Shown: positions 36,681 through 50,959, numbered from the whole stretch's first letter. The stretch: 63,108 nucleotides of DNA, filler included, from Rhabdomonas costata (GCA_019059605.1; 52 parts of 52 records of this genome joined end to end with filler, not necessarily neighbours in it); one strand, 5' to 3'. The notes: generated by a model from the letters alone, not told the origin. Numbers and translations: made by a program.

Positions 36681-36917
36681 GCTGTGCTCTCAAAGGTGGG
36701 GCTGAAGGTGCTGGTTTTGGAGCAGCACTACGTTGCGGGGGGCTTTACCCATGCTTTCGAAGATCAGGGCTTTGAGTTTGAGACAGGCATTCACTACATC
36801 GGCCAGTCGATCTCTAGTGGCCGCACGATGCTTGACTTGGCAGTCTCGAAGAAAGTGGAATGGGCCCCCATGGCCGGCCCTGGGCAGACCTTTGACCGCT
36901 TCCTTTTCGGCGAAAAG
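36681..36917 (+). CDS. FAD-dependent oxidoreductase, RETSAT (retinol saturase)/CrtI phytoene desaturase family exon
   Basis: 237-nt phase 0 exon: LSKVGLKVLVLEQHYVAGGFTHAFEDQGFEFETGIHYIG, matching RETSAT VLVLEQHxxAGGxxHxF..GxEFDTGIHYIG. Donor appears to be GC (AAG|GCACGC). Confidence 0.85.
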
Positions 36918-39900
36918 GCACGCTGTTTCGTGTGATGCTGGTTGTGATGAGAGATACAAGGAATAAGAACCTTTGCCAATAAGGGAATGTGCGGTTGTGT
37001 GGCTAAGCGTCCGCAACCTAGCAGGGAAAAAGGACAACTCCAGTAGACTCGCGTTAGCGACAACTGGTTGGTTGTGATTTTAGTGAGTACTGGACATGTA
37101 CCCTGTTGCCAAACACTTTGATGAAAGATTTTGTTTAGGTGGGGATGTGGTGGTGTCCGCCCACTTGTGTCTGCCTACCAATAAGAAACAGGAAAATCGT
37201 TGCTGGCACGGACAGTGTGCCAGCCTACAGTTTTCTCTCTTATCAAAGCCCAAGCCCTGATGTACAGCCAGCACAAAGAAAAAAGGAAAAATTTCCTTCC
37301 AAGCCTGTATAAAGGCAGAAAGGGCCCCCAAAAGCACCCCAAAATGGCCCTTAAATGGCCTCTAGCGTGGCCGGAAACATTCCGGCCCACTCCGGACTAG
37401 CATGAAGTACTCCTGGGTTCTACCCTTAGGTATGCCAAGCAGGCCCGGCCGAAAGTTAGGCTCAGCATGCAGGCCCAGGAGCTTGAAAAGGGTACTAAAA
37501 AGGGCCCTGGAAGGGGCCATATCTCGGCGTAGAGGAGTTCGAGGCCGGGAAGCGGCCAACCAACCCATTTCATGAGTACCACCCCCCAACNNNNNNNNNN
37601 NNNNNNNNNNNNNNNNNNNNNNNNNNNNNNNNNNTTAATTAATTAANNNNNNNNNNNNNNNNNNNNNNNNNNNNNNNNNNNNNNNNNNNNAGAGGGATTT
37701 GTGTTGGGACACAGGGCTGCCATTGAAGAAGAAGAGGAGGAGGACCGGGAGCGGAGAGTTGGGCTGAGACAGCACTGGAGTGGTGGTTCCAGACGGGATG
37801 AATCCTGGAACCACCTGCGAACCAACGATCGCGAGCTATGTCGCGGAAACAACGGTGCACGACAGGTGCAGGGAACAAAAACAACACACTGTACTGCACT
37901 GCACTACACTACTGCACGAAAACCCAGCGGTTAACGGATGCAGGCAAACTTGGGCGATGTTGACCCATACGCGGTGATCAGATCGGGAGGAGGGGGATCC
38001 CTGAGGGGTCCCCTGCGATCGCGCCGCCCAAGACAGTGTCTGAGAGGCGGGCGATGGGAACCGCTCAACGGGAAAATCGAGAGTGGTTTGTGTAGGACGG
38101 GAGCATTTGGTGATGAAAGGAGGGAGTGGGGAGAACAAAGTTTGTCGGAGGGAGGGAACAATGCTTCCCAGGGGCAGCGACGGCGCACTCTGGGAAGATC
38201 ATCGGCGCATCTGACGCCAGAAAAACGCAGGGAATGGGGCACGTCCATGAGCGTGCTTGAAGGGCAGGGGACTTCAGAAGGGGAGCGCCTTCGCAGCAAA
38301 GCAAAAAAAAATATCTTGGGACGGATGGGGTGCCTGTCAACAAGCACCCACTGGCCAAACCGGCGGATCGAATAGTGCAGAAACTATCCGCTCTACTGCA
38401 CGCACGGTAGGCAGGCGAAGGGGCGAATGGATGAACGGTAAGGGTCTGTGGAACAACAGGGAAGGGGAGTCGGTCCGTGACCGGTGACGAGTCCTGTCCT
38501 TCCCCCAGCATAGAGCATTTCACATACGAGCCAAAGCGACAGGCGGAGGTCGCTGATGCCAGCGAAAAAAAAAGACCAAAGGAAAACTTGCTGCATGCTT
38601 CAGAAAATCGTTTTCGGAGGGAGCTGCTGTTACCCGCTTCACCGTGAGAGACATCCAGTTAGCTTCTTCATCGTCGCTCGAATTCGAGCAAGAAGGGGTC
38701 CTTTCTTTGACCTGGAGAACAGAGTCAACAGGGAATGAAACGAGACTGACAAACAACTAAGAACCGAAAGCAGCCACAAAAAAACGAAAAGAGCCAAAAG
38801 GTACCNNNNNNNNNNNNNNNNNNNNNNNNNNNNNNNNNNNNNNNNNNNNTTAATTAATTAANNNNNNNNNNNNNNNNNNNNNNNNNNNNNNNNNNNNNNN
38901 NNNNNGGTTGTGTTGGGGTAACGCCCACAACAAAAGACAGAGCGAAATATAGAGGGCGGAACTTTTGTAGATGTGCAAACCCAGTACGACAGGTTCGAAA
39001 AAAGTGAGGACTGCAGGTCTGCAGCTAAAAAAGTGGAGAAGAACACAAACGCAAGCCACACACTCCAGGTATGAGGAAGAAATTTGCGATAACCAAGCCG
39101 ATCCTCAAGAAATGTTGTCCCACTCCAGTGGATTGGGCTTTAAAAGCAACACAAGCTTCCAGCCGGCACAAAAAGGTCGTTCACTTCAAAGCAGTGAGTG
39201 CGGGGAGGGGAAGGTGGCGGTTTCAAATTTTTTTTGGGGACGAAATCACAGCACTGCGTCACATCAGTTCTGGTTCCACAGACGCAAAAATCACCGACAA
39301 AAGTGGGAACGGAACGGGCACCGGAAGAGGGCAACGGCAACAGCAACGGAAGAGGGCAATCAATTTCGGGCAGGAAAGGAAAGGGCTGACACAGGATCGA
39401 AATACACCAGTGCATTCCCGGAACCGCTGGGTGTGAAGCTGCTGCTGAGTCATCGTGTTGAGCCAACGGGTGTACCGCTCCATTGAGCCCACGGGCTGAA
39501 AAGGAGGAACACAGATGCTCACGCCCATAACAGTCAACATGGGATAGTTCACATCCTGAGAGTTGTGGTGCGATAGGCAAGGTGCAACAGTGGAAACCAG
39601 CGACACCCCGGACACTCGTCCGTCCAGTACAAAAAACTGTCCAAAGCTCACAGGGGCATGTATCAACACCCAAGCCACTCTACAAAGTCTCGAAGACAAG
39701 GGCTGCAGGGCACGGCACCTGCGCAGCACACGACCCAACTAAGAGCTATTTTACAGTTTTGGAAGGGGGTGTTGAACGTTCGTTCAACATTGCATTATAT
39801 TGAAGTATCCCAGAGTATTATAGAGCATTATATTGGAGTAACCCGAACCCCTTCCGGGTTGCTAAATTGCTGGGCTACATGCCGCCTCTGACGGATTGTC

Positions 39901-42900
39901 CGCTGCGCGCTGAACTAGATTGAGCTATTCCGCTATTCCCTTCCATTTCCCATGCGAGGACCTCGCGGGTAATTTGGCAGCCGAGCAGAAGCAGCACAGG
40001 CTCCTTTCCTTTGCTCTGAAGCNNNNNNNNNNNNNNNNNNNNNNNNNNNNNNNNNNNNNNNNNNNNTTAATTAATTAANNNNNNNNNNNNNNNNNNNNNN
40101 NNNNNNNNNNNNNNNNNNNNNNTTTTTTGGTGTATTGTTTTGAGCGGCTCAGAGCGTTGCAGTGGCAATCTTAGCTTCAACTTTTCCCTCCACCCCGCGG
40201 CCGCAGCCTTAAGATTATTCACAATGTCTCTTCTCTGTCTGCATCTGCGTTTCTGCGTCCTGCGGTTCCTGGGCTGTTACATCATTTTCATTTTCACCTT
40301 GTCACAACAAAGCGCAGAATCCGGAGCTCTGCGTTTGCAGTGTGGTGGGAACCAGCGGTGGAGCTGTGTGGAGTGAATCTTTGGGATTTGGGGATACGGA
40401 CAGATCACCTGCTGAAATTAGGGAAGATATATTTTGAGCAATTTTTGGGGTGTACTCTTCTCTGCACGCTTGTTCCGGTTCCAGCGTTGCCCGGGGCTCG
40501 CTGTATTCCCTGAAACAGGAACTGTCCTGCATATTCTTGTGGATTGATCTTCCCCTGTGTTCTCTTCAGCCTTTTCCACCTGCGGGAAGCAGAGGAAGCC
40601 TCCGCAGAACAGTTTACTCGTTGGCTCCCTTCCAACCCACACCGAGCTGACGTGTCTTGGAAGGTTGTTGTGGTGCAACGGACAAGAAATGCTCCGCCCA
40701 AGAAGAGATGTGCCTGGGGAAAAACCAAAGTTAGGGGGGTCAAACTCAAGACATTTCCCCGCCAACCAACTGCTGCCCTCAACGAACGACCTGAAGTGCT
40801 GCCATATTGTGCAATATGGAGTTGGTGAAGGCGACAAAAACAGCGGAGAAGACAAACATTGTGCCCACCTGCCCACGCGGGAACAGAAGCAGAACGGCCC
40901 GACGGACAAGGATCCGGAGAGTTCCGTAAGAGCTCCGAAAGGGGCCCGTTTACACCGGGACAGCATCGCCGCAGAGGCCAGGGCCAGGGCGAGGCTGAGC
41001 TGACCCCAGAGAGGAAGAAACCACCGCAGTTTTAAATTCAGTGGCCCGGGCCTGTTAACGCATCAAGGTGCTTGTGAAACCTTGAGCTTTGTGACCCCAA
41101 GCGCCTGTCGTCTCGGTCACCAGTGGTGCAAGGTCCCAACCTGCCGCAGAGCAGCCACCACTGTACCTCTTCAGCTTCGCTAGCTCTCTGTCCTCCGTGG
41201 TGGTGAGCGGTGCCGAGATTGTGCACGACCAAAAACCCNNNNNNNNNNNNNNNNNNNNNNNNNNNNNNNNNNNNNNNNNNNNTTAATTAATTAANNNNNN
41301 NNNNNNNNNNNNNNNNNNNNNNNNNNNNNNNNNNNNNNAACTTCGGGGTGAGATGAGACGTGCCGTATTGTAATGACCGTGCCATCCAAATAGTTATCGC
41401 CGGTTTTGAATGGAGGGAGGGGCGGCGGATGTTGGCGGGTTCGAATTAAGTGGTCGCGGAGTATGTATAAGTTTAAATGCTCATAACATTCTGCGCTTTC
41501 CTCTGCGTCGGGTGGCAGCACCAAAACCCATTCTGAACACGTGAACAAAATACCGCCAATCGCCAAAACCCCATTTGGAGGTACCCACTTTCCGAAGGCA
41601 TGCCCCAACTCCAACATGAGCCTGTGGCAGTGCAGAAAACCACACCTGGAAAGACGAGGGTGGACAGGCACACTCCTATTCCGTGGAAAGAAACGCATCT
41701 GGGCCTTCCATCACTTCGAAACTATGACAAGAGTCTGTCCAATGGGAAGCTTAAACTTGGGGGAAATCCTCGCAGAAGGTAATCTGTGAGTCTCGTGAAA
41801 GCAGAGATTCGTCTGTGAGAAAAGAGCCTTCAATCCCCTTTTGAGTCTCCGAATAAAAAAGACGCAGAGCCACGAGAAAGGCCACGTCCGGTCAGTATTC
41901 GGTGACGAAAACACAACAAGAGGGAAGACAGCAATAGAGAAAGGTGCGCAAGTAATTCCGTGCAGGACACATAGACAATGTTTTTTTCGAGTACGCCTTT
42001 GAATAACGCATGTGTGCATTCCACAGGGTGGTGCGCTGCCCAATATGCACCGAGAAGGCCATGGGCGTTCTCAGGTCACAAGAGTTAAGGTACAGGAACG
42101 GGCGACGGAAAAATCTCATGCTCATTCCAGAAGCGGGAAAGGAAGTGACAAACTGGAGTGGCATCATTCGTCCGTACCTGCAATAGTAATGGTGAGAGGG
42201 AGAGAATATGGGGGGGGGGATGATGTTGGAAAGACCGAGAAAAAAAGAGGAGGGGAACACGGGCGAACCCCTTGGTGTACCCTAACCCCTTGGGGTACCT
42301 TGGGGCCAAGGGAAACGCAAGAAAAAACCAGATGACCACCTTGCAGCGTGCACAATCTGATGTGCAAAACAAAAACATTGCCGTGAGTATAAAAAGCGCC
42401 TCACCTCGACCCACTCCCGGGCACTCCACCACCACCCCCAAACACACCAACACNNNNNNNNNNNNNNNNNNNNNNNNNNNNNNNNNNNNNNNNNNNNTTA
42501 ATTAATTAANNNNNNNNNNNNNNNNNNNNNNNNNNNNNNNNNNNNNNNNNNNNGTTGGTTGGTAAACCGCGTGGATTCCGCGACGTTTTGGTCGAGCCTC
42601 GCAGTTTTGCTTGTGGGTTTCACATTTTAATGTAGCTCGGTGCTGGGCCATTCTGCTTTCTACTGCACGAAATTCTTTCTACCTCGTCATGGCGGTTAAT
42701 CATTGGGATGTCGTCGGGGTGTGCGCGGACTCCTATGATGAGGCCTGCTGGCTCTGCGAGGGGCTCGAGGGGTTGCGGGGTGGAGTCCTGCCAGGGGTCA
42801 CTGTGGGCACTCTACTGCTTCCTGTTCCGGAATTTTCCATAGAGGGAGGGTGTGCCAGCCCCTTGCCTTGTTCGTGTGCCTGAATTTTGTCTAAATGTCG

Positions 42901-43568
42901 TGTTGGTTCCCGTTGTTATAACACAGACTGGATGCTGTTTTTCTTGTGCAGCCGTGGGTAGAGATGCCTTTTTCAGAATCTGTTGAATTTCTTTCTCTCA
43001 CTGTGTGTGGTGATGTTCTTGTTTTTCAGGGGCATAAGCGCATTTTTGCCCCCACCCCCTTCCCACTTGCTGGAACCCGCACATGCATGTCAAACAAATG
43101 AAAGCCCCTTGGATCGTGTGCTCCGCCGTCAGTCAGGCGTATTTAGACAGTTCATTTGCATGTGTTCTCGCGTCTGAACTTTTTTATTTCCTGCCGTTTT
43201 TTAATAGGATGGGGTCCGGCGTGGCCGCTGCCAACGCACTCCTGTTTATCGCAGAACAAATCTGCATACGCCAGGGTAAAGCATCGATAGAGGGCTCTAC
43301 TGCGCTTGAGACTATCCGGGGTGTCGTTTTGCTAAACCGGAGGTCCATGAGCTTGGGTGGGCTGCCGCCGTGGATCACACCGCTCACTGAGTTGCCTGTC
43401 AAGATGGAGTCAGGTGCTCCACCTCCCACCTCTGCTGCTAAAATGGAAATGCAGACTTTTACATGGCATTTGAATATATATGGTATTAACGGATGCAACC
43501 TGCCTGTCCTTGTGGCTGTGGTGTCTTGGGTCCACCTCACTCCAGGGGATTTCGGTCTGATTTTTTTT

Positions 43569-43660
43569 GTGAAGTCTTCCGGCTTCTGAATTGTTTGCGC
43601 CGAATTGGCTGCGGGACCCCCAATCATTGCGCAAACAATTCAGAAGCCGGAAGACTTCAC
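43569..43660. repeat. Inverted repeat (~32-bp arms) at the contig end, probable fold-back artefact
   Basis: gtgaagtcttccggcttctgaattgtttgcgc ... gcgcaaacaattcagaagccggaagacttcac, followed directly by the A/C tail. Confidence 0.8.
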
Positions 43661-45373
43661 CAAACAAANNNNNNNNNNNNNNNNNNNNNNNNNNNNNNNN
43701 NNNNNNNNNNNNTTAATTAATTAANNNNNNNNNNNNNNNNNNNNNNNNNNNNNNNNNNNNNNNNNNNNGTGTGCGTGTGCGTGTGCGTGTGCATGAGCGT
43801 GTGCGTGTCCAGGGGAGGCGGTAGCAGTGCGGAGCTCAGCGCAGAGAGGGGGGACAGTGATGCCGTGTGCAGCAGCAAAGGAGCGAAGTGGGAGCCAGCA
43901 GAGGAAAGAAGGGGCACCAGAGAAAGGACAGAGGCCAAGCAAAGGGGAAAAGGGAGAGGAAAAAGGACATACGAAGGAGGGGGAAAGGAGGGGAAGAGGG
44001 AAAGAGGAAAAAAAAGGAAAAATAAAGTAAAGAGGGCCTAAAAAGAACAAGTGAGAAAGGTGAAATTAATGTTGACGGAGGTGGAGAAGATGGTACTCAA
44101 GGAGAGAAGGAGTGATCTGACGGGCGGTCTCGGGGACAATAAAGGGGGAAACCCTGGCGCGGGTGCAGGGCCTGACAAAGAGAGTGTTCAAAGAGGCAAT
44201 AAACAACAACAACAACAACAAGAAAGCAGTGCGGGTGCTACGAACGCTGGAATTGGCAAGTAACGAATGCTGTGTGCTTCACGCGAGTACTTTCCCCCTC
44301 CTAGTCGTTCCAACCCGGTGTTATTCGACCCAACCTGGACCCTTTCCCTGACCAGCTCGTCTCCATCCTCCCTGCCCCATTTAAGCTCGATCCTAATTAT
44401 GCCCTTTCTCCCTAACTTACCATATTCCCACTGACACTTCATGGTTGGTATTCATGATATATTCATGAGTGGTCTAAAACACGACATGTTCTACCTGCGC
44501 AGGTCTCGTCGCGCGTGAAGGGATGTTCTAAAAAAGAGGGCTCGTCCATGTCTCTCTTCCTTTTGTTTTTGCGTGTGGGTTCTTTTTTTTCGGGGTGGGG
44601 GGGAGGCGGCCATTTTCGTATTCTACGGTCCTCACCTCTGGCTGAAGTCATGATTAACGGAGCTTGTGAGATGCGCTTCACTTGTTAGGTTGACGAGGAT
44701 CGATTGGTGTCTTCTTCGATATATTTTGCCCGTCGGCGTGCTGCTGCAGCTTCCACCTCCGATCTTCTCATTCGGTTCCATCTTTTTCGATCATGCCTTT
44801 CAGGCGCAGGCACAGTTTCCAGCCTCTGTGGGGAGTCCTACGCGCTTATCTCCGAGGACAACGGGGACGCTGCCCCAACCCACCNNNNNNNNNNNNNNNN
44901 NNNNNNNNNNNNNNNNNNNNNNNNNNNNTTAATTAATTAANNNNNNNNNNNNNNNNNNNNNNNNNNNNNNNNNNNNNNNNNNNNGTTGTTGTGGGGCAAG
45001 GAAAGGGAAGCATTTATCGCCAAGGCGGCATTAACAGAGCGAGCAGAGCTCATTGTGAGCTTTTTAGAGGATTGGAGGACTTGCACGGGCTGATGATCAA
45101 AGCCTCTTCACCAACACCACTAGGTAGCATCCGAACCCGTTGTTAGTGTGACAATGCAGGAGATAAGAACCTCGGGGGCGAGGGGTACCACATCAATCTG
45201 CGAAGACGAACATCCAAATCCGTCTGCAGACTAATTCTACTGAACAAATGAAATTAATTTTCCGAGGCGAAAGCCGAAGCAGGCCCGGGGTCTTTTCTAG
45301 GTATGTAGAGTGGGTCCCGAAACGCTGCGCGGGCTCCCACCCTCAATGAAGTTCAGGGCAGACACGCAGGAAC

Positions 45374-46038
45374 CTTCCACTCGGATCCCAGCGTGGTGAC
45401 GGTCTGAGTATGGGGAATCAGCGAGACCCGGAACTTGCGCTCCTCGGTGACCAGCTCGGCGACGGTCAGGCTGACCCCGTCCAGGCACACCGAGCCCTTG
45501 TTGACCATGGGCAGCGGCACGGGCACCCCAGGGCCGCTGAGGTCGAACCACACCGAGAGACTGCCGTCGGAGTGCCGCTGCAGCAGGAGGATCCGCACGG
45601 TGGTGTCCACGTGGCCCGAGACCAGGTGTCCCCCGATGCGGTCCCCGACCCGCATCGAGCACTCCAGGTTCACCCGCACGGACTGCGCGCGCATCCGCTC
45701 GAACTACGAAGCAAACGCCTGCACCGCTTTTCAGATTCCCAAAACCTAATCCTCCACAAACACAACCAGAAACGAAAGGGTGACCAAAAAGAAAAAGAAA
45801 ACGAATGGGAGGGGGGCGGGAGACAGACGGTGAAGTTCGCCTTCGTGCGGGTTTCCTCCATGACGTCAAATTCGGCACAATCCGAGGTGAAACTGATAAC
45901 GGTGAGGCAGCACCCGTTGACACAAATGGAGTCTCCGATGCTGACGTCCCGGAAAAATCCATCGCACTGCACCCGTAGCCGGCCACGGTCGTCCAAAAAC
46001 TGGGCAAGCCCGACGGCCTGCACGAGCCCCGTGAACAT
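45374..46038 (-). CDS. RIB5: Riboflavin synthase (alpha type); exons 45829-46038 and 45374-45703, 3' end missing
   Basis: Starts with the invariant MFTG, then GDSICVNGCCLTV, VNLE..GDRIGGHLVSGHVD, KGSVCLDGVSLTV, SLIPHT. The 210- and 330-nt exons join in phase 0 over a GTCTGT...TAG intron. Confidence 0.95.
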
Positions 46039-47418
46039 CGTGAAACCCACCGAGTACCAACCGGCAAACAACCTCTGCTAACCAACCCCCCACCAACCCN
46101 NNNNNNNNNNNNNNNNNNNNNNNNNNNNNNNNNNNNNNNNNNNTTAATTAATTAANNNNNNNNNNNNNNNNNNNNNNNNNNNNNNNNNNNNNNNNNNNNG
46201 GGGTGGAAACCGTGGAAACCGCCGGAAACCAGCCGGAAACCAATGGAAACGAAGGCACGATTTTATATTTGTCGCAGAAGACAGGCGTGGGGTAAGGTTG
46301 CGATGCACCCATCCCCTGGGATTGCAATAGAAGCCATCAAAGGGGGTCAGGTGGCGAAGCACGGGTCTCCTGAGACTCCAACATCATTTGCAGGGGGTCA
46401 GGGTTGCTCACCAAGTGAAAAAGAAAGAAGTTGAGTGCTTGAACTTCCCCAAAAACGTAGTGCGCATTTCAACCCACAAAGAGGAAAGCAAACAAGCAAG
46501 CTAGAGGAAAGCTTGGTTCTACTGTCGCTGTGGAAACCTTTATTTGGATTGCTGCGGAATGCACGCAAGCTGTGCCAAATCTGGAACGATTATTACCTTA
46601 ATAGTATTGGGGGGGGGGGATATGAATGAAATTACATCATTCTATTTAAGACTTGGGCTTTTTATGGCAAGTGCTGCCTCCCTAACAGATCGAGAAGGAT
46701 AATGTTCTGTGAGGGTTGTTAAGTGCTAATTCTGACGAACAGTCATACTGAAAATTGAGTTAGTTTGTCTGAAAATTCAATAATAGGCCATTTGCTTTTC
46801 CTGTTATTCTAGGAGTTACAACATTTTTTGAGTCAGGTTTCTGGTTATCCAAATAAACGTTCCCTGGCAATATTTCCGGGCATGGTAAGCCCCCCACTTC
46901 ACCCGCACATACACATCATACCACAACCAAGATCTGTCGATGCCTGTCCCGAAGTTCAGAAATTAATGAATGTGCGTCGTGCACTGGCCCAAGCCCAAAG
47001 GAACTAGACCAAGGAAAATCAGGTCACCTTCCGACGAATCCAGCACCAAGGAGGCGATCATCGGGATTGAGGCAAACGAGTCCGGAGCTGACTTGCGGAC
47101 GCTGTCCACCCGCGAAGCTTTTGCGAGCTTGTTCATCGCCGTGCTCATCTTCTTCAGGATGTGCAGCGACTTGGACCGCTGCACTGGGTCACCACTCCCT
47201 GCAGCGGTAAAGCCACCACACCCTTTCTCCCAGACCATATCCGCAAGGCGAGCAAGGCAACCAGTTCACACTCTCAACAGAACCTGTGGTTGACAGCCAA
47301 CCTCACCACACAAANNNNNNNNNNNNNNNNNNNNNNNNNNNNNNNNNNNNNNNNNNNNTTAATTAATTAANNNNNNNNNNNNNNNNNNNNNNNNNNNNNN
47401 NNNNNNNNNNNNNNTGTG

Positions 47419-47537
47419 GGTAGGAGGTGCGACCACTGAGGGTCGCGAAGTATGCCGCAATGGATTCAGCAATCTGTGCTTAATTACTGAATCCATTGCG
47501 GCATACTTCGCGACCCTCAGTGGTCGCACCTCCTACC
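47419..47537. repeat. Hairpin with ~50-bp arms at the contig start, probable fold-back artefact
   Basis: ggtaggaggtgcgacc...ggattcag / short loop / ctgaatcc...gcacctcctacc. Confidence 0.85.
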
Positions 47538-48846
47538 GTCGCCACTCTTTCTTGCACATCATCCGTCGCATATGGCGAACCACACACCAGTATCGCCTTA
47601 GTATTGTCCTGGCTCTTGTTTTTTTATGAAAGATAACGCAGCACATGCGGCTTCTCGCATACATCTAATCTTTTCTCATGCTCAGATTGTCCGGAGCTCA
47701 TCCAATACTCACGCTTCCATTCAATGTGTGCAATGTCATAGCCAGCTTCTGTCACATGGCAGGTTTCCATCTCGAAGTTCTTTCTTGAGTCGTTGTTTCC
47801 AGTGCGGTCCTGGAAGAATAATGTTTGTGTGTCTGCATTCTCTTGCCTTGCGTAAATTTCCAAAAAAAACACCTGACGCTTCCTCCAACCGCCTACTTAG
47901 CGGCTGTCAATATAGAGACCTTTCACTATTTATAAAATACTTCTTTCCGACATTTTTCACCACTCTGAAACGGCAGCATTTCTCCGCCACAGCCCTGTGC
48001 TGTACCTCACCAACTGATACCACGCGTAGTCGTGGAAACAACAATTATGTATTTTTATTTTCAATCTCTATTTGGAGTCATTAATCGCCCAAATCATCTA
48101 AGGCTGTGTGCCGTTTACCAGACAAGCACGTCCAATTGGATAAGATATTACATATGCTTCTGAGTGTTGGTACATCCTCACACATTTGGGTTGCTTGGGA
48201 TCAATTGTTGTTGGTGTTTTTCTGAATTGGCTTTGAGCTTTCATGTCTTTTCTTAAAGCGAATATTCTGTTTCTGAAAGTCCTCGGTGCTGGCATGGTGA
48301 CATCTATGAGTGTGGTTTGAATTGCGGAACGAAGTGAAAACAACCGGCTACAACCGTCCACTTGGAGAACATATTCTTTGACTTAGGCACAGCTGCGCCT
48401 GTGCAAGTTATTGCCATAGAATTGTAGAGCTCCAAATGTGGTACCTTAGCCATTCCATCACCTGTATGTCCAGAAAACCATAGCGCGCATCACGGAGGAC
48501 GCGGAACAGGATCAGTTCCAGAATACCATGNNNNNNNNNNNNNNNNNNNNNNNNNNNNNNNNNNNNNNNNNNNNTTAATTAATTAANNNNNNNNNNNNNN
48601 NNNNNNNNNNNNNNNNNNNNNNNNNNNNNNGGGGTTGTTTCAGTTCCCCCCCCCAAAAAAAAAACTGTGCCAGAGCAGTGAGCCAATTCTATCTCCTCCC
48701 TGCAGGAGGGTCTTGTGTGCCCAGATGCCACAGATGACACAGAGCAGTGGGAGAAGAACGGTATATTGACTGGAAGACAGGAAAACACAAAATTAAATAC
48801 CGGCCCACGAACAGCCCCGGGGGGGTCGGTGGCGCAGGGGGTGCCT

Positions 48847-49044
48847 TCAGTGCTGGCGTTCGCGGGGCGGGCCTGGGAGAGCAGCCATTGCAGCAGGGCG
48901 GGTCCGGAGCGGGCGGTGAGGCGGTTATGCATCAGGTCGAGGACGCGCAGCGCGGGGAGGGCCTGGCTGAATTGCAGCAAGGCGGGGATCTGCTCGTCAG
49001 TGAGCTCCCCGTGGATGTAGCTCAGGGCGTGAACCTTCGAGTGC
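48847..49044 (-). CDS. Leucine-rich repeat (ribonuclease-inhibitor-like) protein exon; boundaries approximate
   Basis: LTDEQIPALLQFSQALPALRVLDLMHNRLTARSGPALLQWL fits LxxLxLxxNxL with RI-type spacing. Confidence 0.7.
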
Positions 49045-49845
49045 TAGAGGCAGATCCCCCACCCTTCCCCTGCAAGCTCACTGGCGCTTGCAACTGCAAC
49101 TGCAAGTGTATGGATAAGTTAGGCCCGAGCGGAATACAACAGGATACAAGTTCTTTGGGCCCAATGGAAGTTTTTTATTCAGTTGGAAGTTTATTTAGGA
49201 GGGGGAATGGTGTTAACGGTTCCAGTGGTAACTTTTATCAGTGGTAACAGTTACTTACAGAAAATTGCCTTAAGCTTTTGATAAACTAATTAGAAAACGG
49301 TTAGGTAAAAACACGCCGGAAATCTCGAAATGATCTTTGTGTAAGGGGGTTAGGTGTACTTTGCCAGTGCCCCCCCGATGAATGTTTTTGCTTAGAAGCT
49401 GAAAACTACTGCTGGCTAAGGGCTCGCCAATGGCTGGGACATGGCCGGAACAGGACAACATTAGTTAGGGGCAAATGTCAGCGGTGCGGAGGCCAGTCCG
49501 CGACGCGGCCGGAGCGGATGCGAACCTGGGGGGCCTTTTACGACCCAACTTCCAGAGAACCTGTTCTTTGAAATTCACAATACAGGTTTCCATGCGGACG
49601 ATTACCAACAAAAACCCACATACACACCCATCATACCCATAAACACATTTCACTTCCCAAGACTGGAAAGCTTGCTCGTGCGCGACAGTTTTCCATGGAT
49701 GCCAATGAAATGTATGCCCAACACCAACGGCTTAAATCTTAGCGCNNNNNNNNNNNNNNNNNNNNNNNNNNNNNNNNNNNNNNNNNNNNTTAATTAATTA
49801 ANNNNNNNNNNNNNNNNNNNNNNNNNNNNNNNNNNNNNNNNNNNN

Positions 49846-50959
49846 TTTGTTTTTGATATTGTAATAATAAACTATCGAAATAACATATGTCAATATTTTT
49901 ATCAACTGATATTGTTACAGATACTTTATTATCTGCCCAATATTTTTGTAATAATGCTGTTATTTCTAGTTGTTCTTCAATCGTTAAATCTACTTTAACA
50001 CCTTTAATTTCTATTGGAAATTCAATAATCATATTTTCTTTAACAACTTGATCTTCCTCAACATGATATCCTAACGCAATATATTTATTAATCAATTCAT
50101 TATTTTTATTAATTCTAACTCTTCTGATGTAATGATTTGCAATAGGAAAATGAACACCGGGTGTTGCACCTGCTAATAAAGAGATTGTACCAGATGGTTT
50201 AACAGATGTAATTTTTATGCTTTCATTAATGTTTAAGATTTTTGATAATTTTTTATCATATTCTTTTAAAAATTTATATCCTTCTTGTAACCATTTTACT
50301 AACGTTGTTTTGTCATATTTTTCTAAAAATTGTGCTATTCCTGATAATGATAGACCAATACGTCTGTTTTTCTCTATTATCTTATCAGTAATATCATAAC
50401 CTGTTTTAACAAGTGTGACAATTTTAGCATATAGAAAAGCATATTTTAATGCTTTCAAAAACTCGTCAAAATCTTTAATTCTATTTAGAAATATTTCTAC
50501 TAAATTACATACTTCATCACTTTCTAATGATTGTTCTGCACAAGGATTATTACCTGCAGCTAATATATCTTTATCATCACGTGGATCACACATACGTGAA
50601 TATTGTTTGATATTATCAAGCCATATTAAACCCGGTTCACCATTATTCAATATTCTCTTACATATATCGACATAAGATGTTTCTTCAGTTGACACAAATA
50701 CAGAGTTATTTGCTGTCCATCCAAACTCTAATCTTTCTGGATTTTTTTCATAATCTTTTAAATCCATAAATTCTACATCTTTTCTATCACCAATCGATAT
50801 TGTTGCACTTCTTCTATTAAAACTACATGTACAACGTGCTAATATACACATAATATCTGTTATATTTCGCGATGTCATATATGTATTTGTTATTGTATTT
50901 AGAATTTTTGTAATATCATCATGTGCTAATTTTAATACATCACTACCAGCCGATACTCC
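49846..50959 (-). CDS. nrdJ: Adenosylcobalamin-dependent class II ribonucleotide reductase, monomeric RTPR type (partial, open at both ends)
   Basis: Uninterrupted ~370-codon frame with NRRSA, GWTANNS, NGEPG, catalytic NPCAEQSL..EVCNLVE, NRRIG, TSVKPSGTISLLAG and YWADNKVSVT. Contig is roughly 25% GC with no introns. Confidence 0.93.

Noticed and set aside
45704-45828. Possible euglenid non-conventional intron in riboflavin synthase (TTC repeated at both borders)
   Set aside because: A canonical GT...AG intron gives an in-frame join (ANFT|FERM), so no non-canonical boundary is needed.
47419-47537. Long hairpins (also 34043-34380, 43569-43660, 60781-61100) as ncRNA, miRNA precursors or transposon terminal repeats
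   Set aside because: All four abut a contig end, the arms are essentially perfect, and one duplicates the middle of an integrase. This pattern is typical of amplification fold-back chimeras.
47600-48530. Lower-GC contig with broken ORFs, possibly viral or transposon-derived
   Set aside because: Multiple stops and no recognisable motif, so a call cannot be supported.
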